64,000 nt of DNA from Promethearchaeota archaeon (GCA_019058245.1 JAHPZJ010000023.1:1-64000); one strand, 5' to 3'; numbered from the stretch's first letter, positions 10,440-19,325 are shown. Translations and numbers: made by a program. Notes: a model not told the origin generated them from the sequence alone.

Positions 10440-10858
10440 ATGAAAGAGGACCCTTTTAAGTCCAGTAACGATGATTTTACATTTAGAAAAAAAAACCTAA
10501 GAAAAAAATATGCTATAATTATAGTAAGCTTCATAGTTATAATTTCAGTTGTGAGTATTCCAGTCGTCATTTATGCATATAATGCAATAAAGATGATATT
10601 TAATTACAATCCAGAACTGCCTTGTGAGGATTTACCAGATATAAAAATCGTTAGACAAGTTGTTGAAGATCACCAGGATGTTATACAGGAAATTAAAAAT
10701 TTAAATCCTGACAATATTTGGGTTTCAATTAATGAAAGATGTAATGGAAAAGGGGAATTATTTATTTATTATGATACAGTCTCTAATAAAGAAAAAATAT
10801 AGAGATTATAGGTTCTGATATGTTTTTTGGCGTACCTTATAGATTATTTAACGTGTGA
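10440..10858 (+). pseudogene. membrane-anchored hypothetical protein with 1-nt frameshift near 10800
   Basis: ORF stops at 10802, but EIIGSDMFFGVPYRLFNV continues in a shifted frame to TGA 10858. Confidence 0.55.
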
Positions 10859-10876
10859 TGTATCATTATAAAATTA

Positions 10877-11263
10877 GTGAAAATAGGTTTAAGCTTAAGT
10901 ATGATTGGTGGTACTCTATTCTTTATCTTAATATATATTTTTTTTAAACATTATTATTCCATGTGGCAATTACAAGAAGAATTATTAATTTTGTTTCTCT
11001 TTTTTCTCTTCATTAATGTGGGTGCTATAACGGGTGCATTTTTAGGATTTTTTGATAAAAGAATCGGTATTTATTTATGTTTTATTGCAGGAATCATATA
11101 TCCACTATTATGTTTCTATTATTTTTTATTAAGTCCATCTACTTTTTTTATAGGTTTTTTTGAATCTTTAATTGAATCATTTTACATTTCTATCCCAATG
11201 CTACTATTATTCACTGGTGGTTCTATTAGTTTTATAAAAATGCAATTAGAATTAAAAAAATAA
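10877..11263 (+). CDS. hypothetical membrane protein (4 TM)
   Basis: hydrophobic segments. Confidence 0.6.
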   Translation: MKIGLSLSMIGGTLFFILIYIFFKHYYSMWQLQEELLILFLFFLFINVGAITGAFLGFFDKRIGIYLCFIAGIIYPLLCFYYFLLSPSTFFIGFFESLIESFYISIPMLLLFTGGSISFIKMQLELKK

Positions 11264-11270
11264 TTTAGCA

Positions 11271-12413
11271 TTAAATGAATCCTAATAAGAATTTATTACC
11301 TAAATTCACATATTTTAAAGATTTTTTAGCTGCATCCAAACATTTTAAAGCCTGTTTACGAGTTGTAATTCCTAAATCTCGCATTTGATAATCCCCATGA
11401 AATATTAACAAACTATAAGGAATTTCTTTGTTAATAGAACTAATAAAGTTTGCAATTTGTTCCACTTCCTTATGATTTGTATAGTCTGGAACCATTAATG
11501 TACACGCACTCATCTCAGGTAAGTTTTTTCTTGTTCCAAAGTATTTTTCAGCTAAAAATTTAAAGTTATCGAGAGTTCTTTTGTTACTTACACCACATAG
11601 AGCTAAATTTAATTTTTCATTAAATGTTTTTAAATCAAACTTAATATTTCCTCCAGTTTTAATTGCAATTTGCATACACTTTTCAACCAAATCCTTATTT
11701 CCGGAACCATTCCATTCCCAACATATCCTCATTATCCTTTTTTCTCCCAATTTTCCAATTTTTTCAAGAATTTTATTTGCAAGATTTATTGAAAAAGGTA
11801 ATTGAGCTTCTGGGGTACCTCCAAAATAACATAAACAAGTAATCTTCTCATTTTTAACTATTTGATTTGCTAATGTGTGAACATCAAATAAATACCTCTT
11901 TGTAAACAATTTATGAGAGGCATTTTGACAAAAGAGACAGTCAAAAGTACAACCATATAAAAATGCAGCATAACTATATGTACCAAATTCAGGACCCTCA
12001 AAATTTGAATATTCTGGATAACCCGCTGAAGTTCCAGCAGGACAAAACCAACTATTACAACAATTTGTAGGATTAGCATCTATATACCCATGAATGTAAC
12101 CCTCTGATTTAGACGGATAAGGTAATTGACCTGAATTTTTAAGTTGAATATTTCTTAAACCACAATAACTAACATCATTTTCTGATAAAGCGCATTCATT
12201 AATACATAATTTACATTTCAATATGATATTAGGTTTTTCTGCTTTAGGTGGTTTTTCTGGCAAATTGACCAGTTGACGAACTTGTTTGTGGACGTTTAGA
12301 ATATGTGGTTTAATTTTATTCTCCCAATCTTCTTCTAAAATACATTTTCTACATACTTCTAAAATGTTAGAAACTACTCTATCAGTTTTGCCACAAAACT
12401 TACACGTTCCCAT
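11271..12413 (-). CDS. radical SAM protein (PflA/AmmeMemoRadiSam-like)
   Basis: GCTFDCLFCQN CxxxCxxC motif plus N-terminal Cys clusters. Confidence 0.9.
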   Translation of the reverse strand: MGTCKFCGKTDRVVSNILEVCRKCILEEDWENKIKPHILNVHKQVRQLVNLPEKPPKAEKPNIILKCKLCINECALSENDVSYCGLRNIQLKNSGQLPYPSKSEGYIHGYIDANPTNCCNSWFCPAGTSAGYPEYSNFEGPEFGTYSYAAFLYGCTFDCLFCQNASHKLFTKRYLFDVHTLANQIVKNEKITCLCYFGGTPEAQLPFSINLANKILEKIGKLGEKRIMRICWEWNGSGNKDLVEKCMQIAIKTGGNIKFDLKTFNEKLNLALCGVSNKRTLDNFKFLAEKYFGTRKNLPEMSACTLMVPDYTNHKEVEQIANFISSINKEIPYSLLIFHGDYQMRDLGITTRKQALKCLDAAKKSLKYVNLGNKFLLGFI

Positions 12414-12415
12414 TT

Positions 12416-13075
12416 TTACATCTTCTTCTTTAATAATAAAAAAGTTTGACCAGATTTTTGGTTTGGATTACTTTTTACCATATATCCTTCAAAATTATTA
12501 TTAATAAATGAATTATTAAACATTTTCAATTCGCTCTCATTTTGAGGATAAAATTCAATTACAATTCTTCCATTCTTCTTTAGTATTTTATGTAAATACT
12601 GTGCTGTGTCATTAAGGAGTTTAACTTTCTCCCCATATTTTTCTAATCCATAAGTTATAAAATTGTATGATGATATTGAGATAATAAAATCGATTTTATT
12701 CATTTTAAAAGGTAAATGGTTAGTATCTGCTAAAATAAATTCCAAATCATTATAACTTTTTATAAGTTTTTTTTTTTCTCTTGCCTTTAATAGCATATCA
12801 TTTAAAATATCAATTCCAATAACTCGAAAACCATTTTGAATTAAAATTTCCGATGAAAATCCTGTTCCACAGCCTAAATCCAAAATTAAAGGTGAATCTT
12901 CTGTCATTATCTCATCCTTGTTATCACCTTCTAATCTTCTATCATAAAGATATTCAATACTCTGAAGAGTAGTTTTGTTTTGGTTACGTTTCATCCATTT
13001 TGAATTATTATACTCTTCTGCCTTTTCATGTAAGTAATCCTCAGGGAATTTTGGGAGTCGATTTTTTCTTACCAT
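12416..13075 (-). CDS. Bud23/WBSCR22-like class I SAM methyltransferase
   Basis: PEDY..EKAEEY, ILDLGCGTGFS, ISISS, LKKNGRIVIEFYPQN, F.G.MV..P motifs parallel Bud23. Confidence 0.75.
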   Translation of the reverse strand: MVRKNRLPKFPEDYLHEKAEEYNNSKWMKRNQNKTTLQSIEYLYDRRLEGDNKDEIMTEDSPLILDLGCGTGFSSEILIQNGFRVIGIDILNDMLLKAREKKKLIKSYNDLEFILADTNHLPFKMNKIDFIISISSYNFITYGLEKYGEKVKLLNDTAQYLHKILKKNGRIVIEFYPQNESELKMFNNSFINNNFEGYMVKSNPNQKSGQTFLLLKKKM

Positions 13076-13215
13076 TTCTATAAAATGTTTTTCTATTCGT
13101 GATCACAAATGTCAAAAATAAGCTGATTTATATAAATAACTAAATTCAATTATATATAGAGGTTTTTATATATTCCATATAAAGACAGATAATTATTGTA
13201 AGGATTTGTACAAAA

Positions 13216-13627
13216 ATGTCATACAGGATATTAGTAGTTGATGATGAACCAGAAAAGTGAAGAACTCCTTCAACTTTGATTAGACATTGTCAACTTAACT
13301 GAAAAATTCTTAAAATTAGGGGGTTTTGAGATACTTACAAGTAATAATGCCAAGGAGGCTATGAAAATCATAGAAGAAAACTATGATAATATTGATTTAA
13401 TCTTATTAGACATAATGATGCCTGGACGATCAGGTTATAGTGTTCTTGAAGAAGTTAAGAATAATGAAAAATTTAAAGATATTCTTGTCGTTTTATTTAC
13501 TGTGAAAAGTTTTAATGAGGATGTTCAAAAAGGGAAGAAATTAGGTGCTGATGCATATATCACTAAACCATTCTCAGGTAAGGAACTCCTAGAAAGATTA
13601 AAAGAAATATTAAATATAAAGAATTAA
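13216..13627 (+). CDS. CheY-like response regulator, split by a 31-nt intron (exons 13216-13252 and 13284-13627; 126 aa)
   Basis: Spliced product MSYRILVVDDEP-DIVNLTEKFLKLGGFE...LLDIMMP...FT...GADAYITKPF is a complete receiver domain. Confidence 0.88.
13253..13283 (+). other. bulge-helix-bulge mRNA intron (31 nt)
   Basis: Outer stem 13236-13246/13285-13295, central helix AACC/GATT, AGA bulges 13251-53 and 13282-84, inner hairpin; in-frame TGA and frameshift if retained. Confidence 0.85.
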
Positions 13628-13795
13628 AAAATTAAACACAGTATTAGTATTACATTAATTTTATTATCTTTTTATCAATATTAATTTATAATTTTAATTT
13701 AGATTTATTACTTATCTAAAAAAATATTAAATACTATTATATATAAGATTGAAATATTACCTTTTTTAATAAAAAATCGTGATTAAAATTGGTTT

Positions 13796-14476
13796 ATGAA
13801 GCAGAAAGTGATAAAATCCCCTTTTTTAAACAAACAATATTTTTCTGTAATTATATTAATTGCAAATATTGTTGTATTTATCTGGCAGATGTTAGATCCA
13901 ACAGGTAAGATGCATATTGAGTATGCTTTTGTTCCTTCTGAATTCTTTAAAGGTCAAAAATTATGGACCCTCTTTACCTCAATGTTCATGCATGGTGATA
14001 TTGTACATATATTTATGAATATGTGGTTTTTTTTTGTAATAACTGATAATTGCGAGCATGCAATGGGACATTGGTTATATCTAGTTACTTATTTTCTTTC
14101 CGGACTATTTGGGAGTTTACTTCATGCATTGAGTACATTAATTATTCCCGTTTGGGGACCTATTTTGGCGAAAATTCCTTCTTTAGGTGCTTCTGGAGCT
14201 ATATTCGGTTTAATGGCGGTATATGTTATACTTTATTCAGGCAATAAATTTTACATTCCTGGAACAACAGGTATGCGAAAAGTAAGTGCAGGTTATTTTA
14301 TAATAACATACTTTATTGCAGAATTAACTTATGCGATATATTCAATAATGGATCCGTTTAGTATAGGTCAAACGGCTCATTTTGCTCATGTTGGTGGATT
14401 CATAGCTGGAGCTATAATAGCGAGTATATTTAAAGCTGTAAAAGGATCATCATATAAAAAGAAACCAAAAGAATAA
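13796..14476 (+). CDS. rhomboid intramembrane serine protease
   Basis: FMHGDIVHIFMN, GASGA, AHFAHVGG. Confidence 0.95.
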   Translation: MKQKVIKSPFLNKQYFSVIILIANIVVFIWQMLDPTGKMHIEYAFVPSEFFKGQKLWTLFTSMFMHGDIVHIFMNMWFFFVITDNCEHAMGHWLYLVTYFLSGLFGSLLHALSTLIIPVWGPILAKIPSLGASGAIFGLMAVYVILYSGNKFYIPGTTGMRKVSAGYFIITYFIAELTYAIYSIMDPFSIGQTAHFAHVGGFIAGAIIASIFKAVKGSSYKKKPKE

Positions 14477-14596
14477 TTTCGTTTTCTATATTTTCTTTTT
14501 TTTTTCATAAAGTTATTTGAATAATGGGAAATTTAGAAATTTATTATTATTAACACTAATTTTATATCCAAATAGTTCGAAATTTCCACGTATAAT

Positions 14597-15208
14597 ATGA
14601 TTACTAAAATATCATTGATTTTTTTTTGGATGGTTATGATTATCGTTTTAATACATATATTCTATAGAAAATTATCATATAAAATTGAAAGAGCAGTTAA
14701 TTTTCCTGAAATTCCTCATTGGATTTATCCATTAATAATAATTTGTATTTTTGGATATATCTATATATGCTTTTTGACAATAACTTATATTTTTAATCCT
14801 ATTTTTGCATTTAATCTTTTCTTACCAATTACAATGCTAAATATAGACCTTTTAAAAGTAATAGGAGATATTTTTGTTATAATTGGGACTATTATATTTT
14901 TAATAGCATATTTTAATCTAAATTTATTAGCAGATTTAGCAGATAAATCCAACTTATCTAAATTAAAATCAACAGGAATATATGCGATATCAAGAAATCC
15001 TATTTATCTCGGATTGCATATTATAACAATCGGATTTAGTTTAATAATTCCAACATGGATAACATTCATATGTATTATCATATTCATTATTAATTTTCAT
15101 TATAGGATTAAGTTAGAAGAAAAAGAATTAGAGGAAATATTTGGAAAGGCTTATATTGATTATCGAAGAAAAGTTTTGAGATATATTGGTCGAAGGATTA
15201 GAAGTTAA
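14597..15208 (+). CDS. isoprenylcysteine carboxyl methyltransferase (ICMT/PEMT) family
   Basis: TGIYAISRNPIYLG, EEKEL...FG..Y..Y. Confidence 0.85.
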   Translation: MITKISLIFFWMVMIIVLIHIFYRKLSYKIERAVNFPEIPHWIYPLIIICIFGYIYICFLTITYIFNPIFAFNLFLPITMLNIDLLKVIGDIFVIIGTIIFLIAYFNLNLLADLADKSNLSKLKSTGIYAISRNPIYLGLHIITIGFSLIIPTWITFICIIIFIINFHYRIKLEEKELEEIFGKAYIDYRRKVLRYIGRRIRS

Positions 15209-15390
15209 ATTTTAATTTTAGCTTAAGATTAAAGGCTCGAAAGGATATAAACTATATTTAACTTGAATAAAAACTTTCTTTTTTCGCTTTTACTTCATAA
15301 AAAATACTATTTTATAATAAACTTTTTTTGATAATAAATTATATCAATAATGATTTATTTAGGAATTTAATAATTGTTAGAAAGAGAACT

Positions 15391-16785
15391 ATGAGTATGA
15401 CTCAGATCGTTGTCATAGGAATGGGCTATAAGTTCTGAGACTTCCTCAGTATTGGTTAAGTTGGTATTCCCATGGCAGCATTACTTGCTGATGTTGATGA
15501 TTTTAATGTCACCGGAATTCAGCGAAGATCACAAAGATCAGGGTGGAAAATCGATTGGCTCAATCAAGGAAAGAATCCTTTTGAAGGAGATGAACCAGGT
15601 TTAGATGAGTTAATTTCAAGAGTTGTTAAAAATGGGAAATTTAAAGTAACTGATAAGTATAATCTTGTAAATAAAGCAGATTATATTTTAATCGATGTGC
15701 AAACCCCTGTTGATGAAAATAAAATACCTAGGTATGAATCATTAATTGAAGTTTCTCGTAAAATCTCAAAACACTTAAAAAAAGGAGTAACAATCATTAT
15801 TGAATCCACAGTAGCTCCAGGTACTACTAATAATATAGTACAAACAATGTTAGAAGAAGGTAGTGGACTTAAAAGAGGTCAAGATTTTTATCTCGTATTT
15901 TCTTTTGAACGAGTTATGCCAGGAAAATTATTGGAATATATCACTGATTTTCCTAGAGTTATTGGAGGTGGTTGTAAGGAGGCAAATGAACGAGCAAAAT
16001 TCTTATATGGAAAGGTTGTTAAGAAAGAGCTTCAAGTTACAGATACTCTTACTGCAGAACTTACCAAATGTATTGAAAATTCATATAGAGATGTTAATAT
16101 AGCATTTGCTAATGAAATGGCTTTACTATGTGAAGATTTCGACAGAAATATATACGACATTGTTGAGTTTATAAATCACAGACATGATAGGATGATGCAT
16201 TATCCCGGTAGTGGAGTAGGAGGCCATTGTCTCACAAAGGATCCCTGGTTATTATTATACGGTTATGATAAATATACAGAAAAGAAAAACAAAGAGAAAA
16301 TAAAGCTTATACCAAACTCTAGAAATTTAAATGACTATATGCCCAATCATATGGTTGAATTGATGGAGGATATATTTAGAGAAGCTCATAAATTAGTAGA
16401 TAATATAAAAATTGTTCTTTTGGGAGTTTCTTATAAAGCAGATACTGATGATACACGAAATACTCCTACAGAAAATATTGTGAAAGTATTACAAGGACGA
16501 TATCACTCTCATAATATTATCTATATTGCTCATGACCCATATGTTAATGAGAGGGATTATAGGCTTACAGAACTTACGGATGACTTTAATGAAGCTGTTG
16601 ATAATGCTGATGTTCTTATCTTTGCAACAAATCATAGTGAATATTACAATATTGATTTAGATGATTTAAAAAAAAGAGTGAGGACACCTATTATCATTGA
16701 TGGTAGAAATATCTTTAACAAAAAATTACTACTAGAAAAAGGTTTTATTTATCGAAAAGTTGGAGAAGGTCCTGGAGTACTATAA
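15391..16785 (+). CDS. UDP-sugar (ManNAc/GlcNAc/glucose) dehydrogenase, split by a 30-nt intron (exons 15391-15429 and 15460-16785; 454 aa)
   Basis: Spliced N-terminus IVVIGMGY-VGIP restores the Rossmann GxGxxG; ESTVAPGT, GVGGHCLTKD, YKADTDDTRN. Confidence 0.9.
15430..15459 (+). other. bulge-helix-bulge/BHL mRNA intron (30 nt)
   Basis: Central helix GGCT/GGTT, bulges ATA 15428-30 and AAG 15458-60, inner hairpin CTGAG-ACTTC-CTCAG; contains in-frame TGA and TAA. Confidence 0.82.
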
Positions 16786-16817
16786 AAAAATTTAAAAAAA
16801 AATTTTGTTCTTATCTC

Positions 16818-16836
16818 TGAGTTCTTGCAGAACTCA
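16818..16836. terminator. perfect hairpin between convergent genes (terminator or 3'-UTR recoding element)
   Basis: TGAGTTCT-TGC-AGAACTCA. Confidence 0.4.
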
Positions 16837-16860
16837 AAATTAAATCCTAACATTTTTGAC

Positions 16861-17016
16861 TTAATTCTTTGAGATTTCTTTATCACTTTCGATTTTTTCA
16901 TTGCGTAGTTTTTGTAGTTTTTGAATTCTTTTATACCACATCTTAATCATATCTCAACTTGTACTGTAACACTCATCATCAAATCCAATATCTAAATAGT
17001 CAATTTCATCTTTCAT
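16861..17016 (-). CDS. small protein with in-frame UGA (candidate selenoprotein B, 51 aa)
   Basis: MKDEIDYLDIGFDDECYSTS(U)DMIKMWYKRIQKLQKLRNEK...; TGA at 16956-16954; GAAGG upstream of ATG. Confidence 0.5.
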
Positions 17017-17227
17017 GATTTTTTAACCTTCTACTTTCTGATTTTTATGGATTAAACTAAAAATAAAAGAGTAGTGATTATAAATAATTAAAATTCAATT
17101 ATATAAACTAATTTTCTATAAAACTTTTAAGACTTTTATTTATTCTCAATAAAAAATAATAAGTCATAATGTTACGTTCTCGAATTTTTTGCGGAATTCA
17201 TAGGTTTAGATTCTAAAATTTAACAAT

Positions 17228-17401
17228 CTATTCCTTGAGAGCTTTTGATTTAATTTTTAATTGTTTTCTTAATCGATATCGTTTTTTTAGATTAACTATC
17301 CCATTTATAACACCATCAATAATACCTCAACCAGTACAAGAGATTTTACTGTAATTCGAATCATTAGTGTCATTTTCCAATTTATGTTTCCATTCTGACA
17401 T
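17228..17401 (-). CDS. small protein with CxxU motif (candidate selenoprotein A, 57 aa)
   Basis: MSEWKHKLENDTNDSNYSKISCTG(U)GIIDGVINGIVNLKKRYRLRK...; TGA at 17329-17327. Confidence 0.55.
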
Positions 17402-17552
17402 AGTTTGGATACTTTATAGTTTTTTTAGATAGAAAAACAAGTAAGGAAATAAATAGATTATTATTATAATTTTAAACTTAGTTTTCAATAGATTTTTAAG
17501 AGCCTAACCTAACTGTTATTTAATTCACATTTTTTTATAAGAGCTGATATGA

Positions 17553-18233
17553 TTGCTATTCGATTATTGGGATGTAATAAAAGGATTTTTTAATTGGGTT
17601 GCTGAATCCGCAGCAATAATGATGATTTTAAGTGGTATAATGGCTATTACATGGTTGGGGTATGAACGAAAACGTAGAGGATCGTTTTTAAAAAGAAAAG
17701 CTGAAGTAGAGAAATTTGATATTACAAAGTTTCTTAGAGGATTATCATATATTGGATTGATTCTTGGGATATTTGTTGTATGGTCAGGTGCAGTTAGTCT
17801 CATCTTAAATATACCTCCTAGTTTTCAATATAGAGATGTGACTAAAAATGCAGCAAATCATTTTACTAGTATTTTCTTGATTGTTATTGGAATCACTATG
17901 TTTTTTAAGCCTATTAGTGATCTTCCACTTTCAAGTATACTAGGATTATTAGCAGGTACAGTTACAATATTTATTATCGCTTTACTTGTTCCTGATGGAG
18001 TAGTACAATTAATTGGTGGTTTTATAAATCCAAAATGGATACTTGTAATAATATTTATAATTGTGACAGTTATCGTAGGACTCATGGCTAAATTTTCTAT
18101 AGGAACATTGCAGAAAGTCTCCAAATTCTTATCTTGGCCTCCAATTGCTTTAATAATTATGATATTTTGCTTTATTCAAGGTTTTGCATTATGGATTTGG
18201 GGTGTGAGTATCTTTGGGCTTAATATTTTATAA
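17553..18233 (+). CDS. hypothetical multi-pass membrane protein
   Basis: about 6 hydrophobic segments. Confidence 0.7.
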   Translation: MLFDYWDVIKGFFNWVAESAAIMMILSGIMAITWLGYERKRRGSFLKRKAEVEKFDITKFLRGLSYIGLILGIFVVWSGAVSLILNIPPSFQYRDVTKNAANHFTSIFLIVIGITMFFKPISDLPLSSILGLLAGTVTIFIIALLVPDGVVQLIGGFINPKWILVIIFIIVTVIVGLMAKFSIGTLQKVSKFLSWPPIALIIMIFCFIQGFALWIWGVSIFGLNIL

Positions 18234-18352
18234 ATTAATTTTATCCTTCTTCTTTTTTATTTAATTTTAAAAAACCTAGTTTTAATAAATATCTACTAAT
18301 TTTAATAAATATTAGAGATTTATTTAGATTAAGGACTATAATTGTTGAAAAA

Positions 18353-18631
18353 ATGGCAGGATTTAAAGAATTAAAAGAAGAAATTTCTGAGATGCGAAAG
18401 AGTATGGAAAAATTAACAGCAGAATTGCAAGAGACAAACTTAGCTATAAGAGAATCTTTAAAGATGACATCTCAAGCAATTAAAGAGGCAAGTGAAATAT
18501 TTTCAAAATCTCTTGAGGATGCTATGATGAAAATGTCTGATTTAACAATTCAGATGAATGTAAGAGATACTATTTTAAAGAATCTTGGAATTGATGGAAT
18601 GATTCCAGACTTTTTAAAGAAAAAGAAATAA
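18353..18631 (+). CDS. small coiled-coil protein
   Basis: heptad pattern, 92 aa. Confidence 0.65.
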   Translation: MAGFKELKEEISEMRKSMEKLTAELQETNLAIRESLKMTSQAIKEASEIFSKSLEDAMMKMSDLTIQMNVRDTILKNLGIDGMIPDFLKKKK

Positions 18632-18633
18632 AC

Positions 18634-18825
18634 CTAAGTCTTTTCTTTCTCCCTCCGCCTAAATGCAAAATACATAATTATTATTGAAATCAAATATATG
18701 ATAGTAATTAGTGACCATATAATAAATTCATTTGAATTATCAGTAATTACTCCCATGATCGCTTTATAAATGAAAAAGATACTAAATAAAGCTAATAATC
18801 GAATTGTCGAACTTATTTTATCCAT
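18634..18825 (-). CDS. small 2-TM membrane protein
   Basis: two hydrophobic helices and basic tail. Confidence 0.6.
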   Translation of the reverse strand: MDKISSTIRLLALFSIFFIYKAIMGVITDNSNEFIIWSLITIIYLISIIIMYFAFRRREKEKT

Positions 18826-18920
18826 GATTCAGTGAAAATTATATTTAATAATTAAAATAATATATACTTAAAATTAAAAGTATAATAAAGAATAATATAT
18901 AATTGGATATTATTTTAAAA

Positions 18921-19124
18921 ATGTCAGACCGAACCCCTCCTATCTGCTACATCTGTGGTAAAAATTGTGAATCATCAGTTAAATCTTCTCATTACTGCAT
19001 TTGTGATATAGCAGTATGTCATGAATGTATTAATTCTGTAAAAAAGAATGATAAAGTATGGATTTGTCCTCATTGTAATGAAGAAAATGATATTGAAGGT
19101 AGTAAATTATTCCGAACTCCTTAA
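18921..19124 (+). CDS. RING/FYVE-like zinc-finger protein
   Basis: CYIC...C.CDIAVCHEC...WICPHC; ATG 18921 preferred over TTG 18903. Confidence 0.65.
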   Translation: MSDRTPPICYICGKNCESSVKSSHYCICDIAVCHECINSVKKNDKVWICPHCNEENDIEGSKLFRTP

Positions 19125-19173
19125 TCTTTGTACTTATCTTTTTTCTAATAATATTTTCTATTTCAAAATACAT

Positions 19174-19236
19174 AGCCGATGATGAAAATTAACTCACAAT
19201 GATTCCTAAATGATTAAATCTTGGAAGACTGAGGCT
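19174..19236 (+). ncRNA. C/D-box guide sRNA
   Basis: Terminal stem AGCC/GGCT; box C ATGATGA 19179-85, D' ATGA 19199-202, C' ATGATTA 19210-16, D CTGA 19229-32; 12-13 nt guides. Confidence 0.8.
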
Positions 19237-19325
19237 TTATTCTTCAGATAAGTATTAAAAATTCAAAAAGCTAAAAAGTTATTATCATTATTCTTACTTA
19301 AAAAGAAACAAAAATTGGATTTTTT

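Noticed and set aside
10780-10810. Possible third intron at the frameshift in the 10440 ORF (hairpin TCTCTA/TAGAGA)
   Set aside because: No BHB geometry; a single missing base restores the frame, so a point deletion or sequencing error is more likely
15436-15438. Selenocysteine read-through of the TGA in the dehydrogenase insert
   Set aside because: The same frame also contains TAA, and read-through would put 10 residues inside GxGxxG
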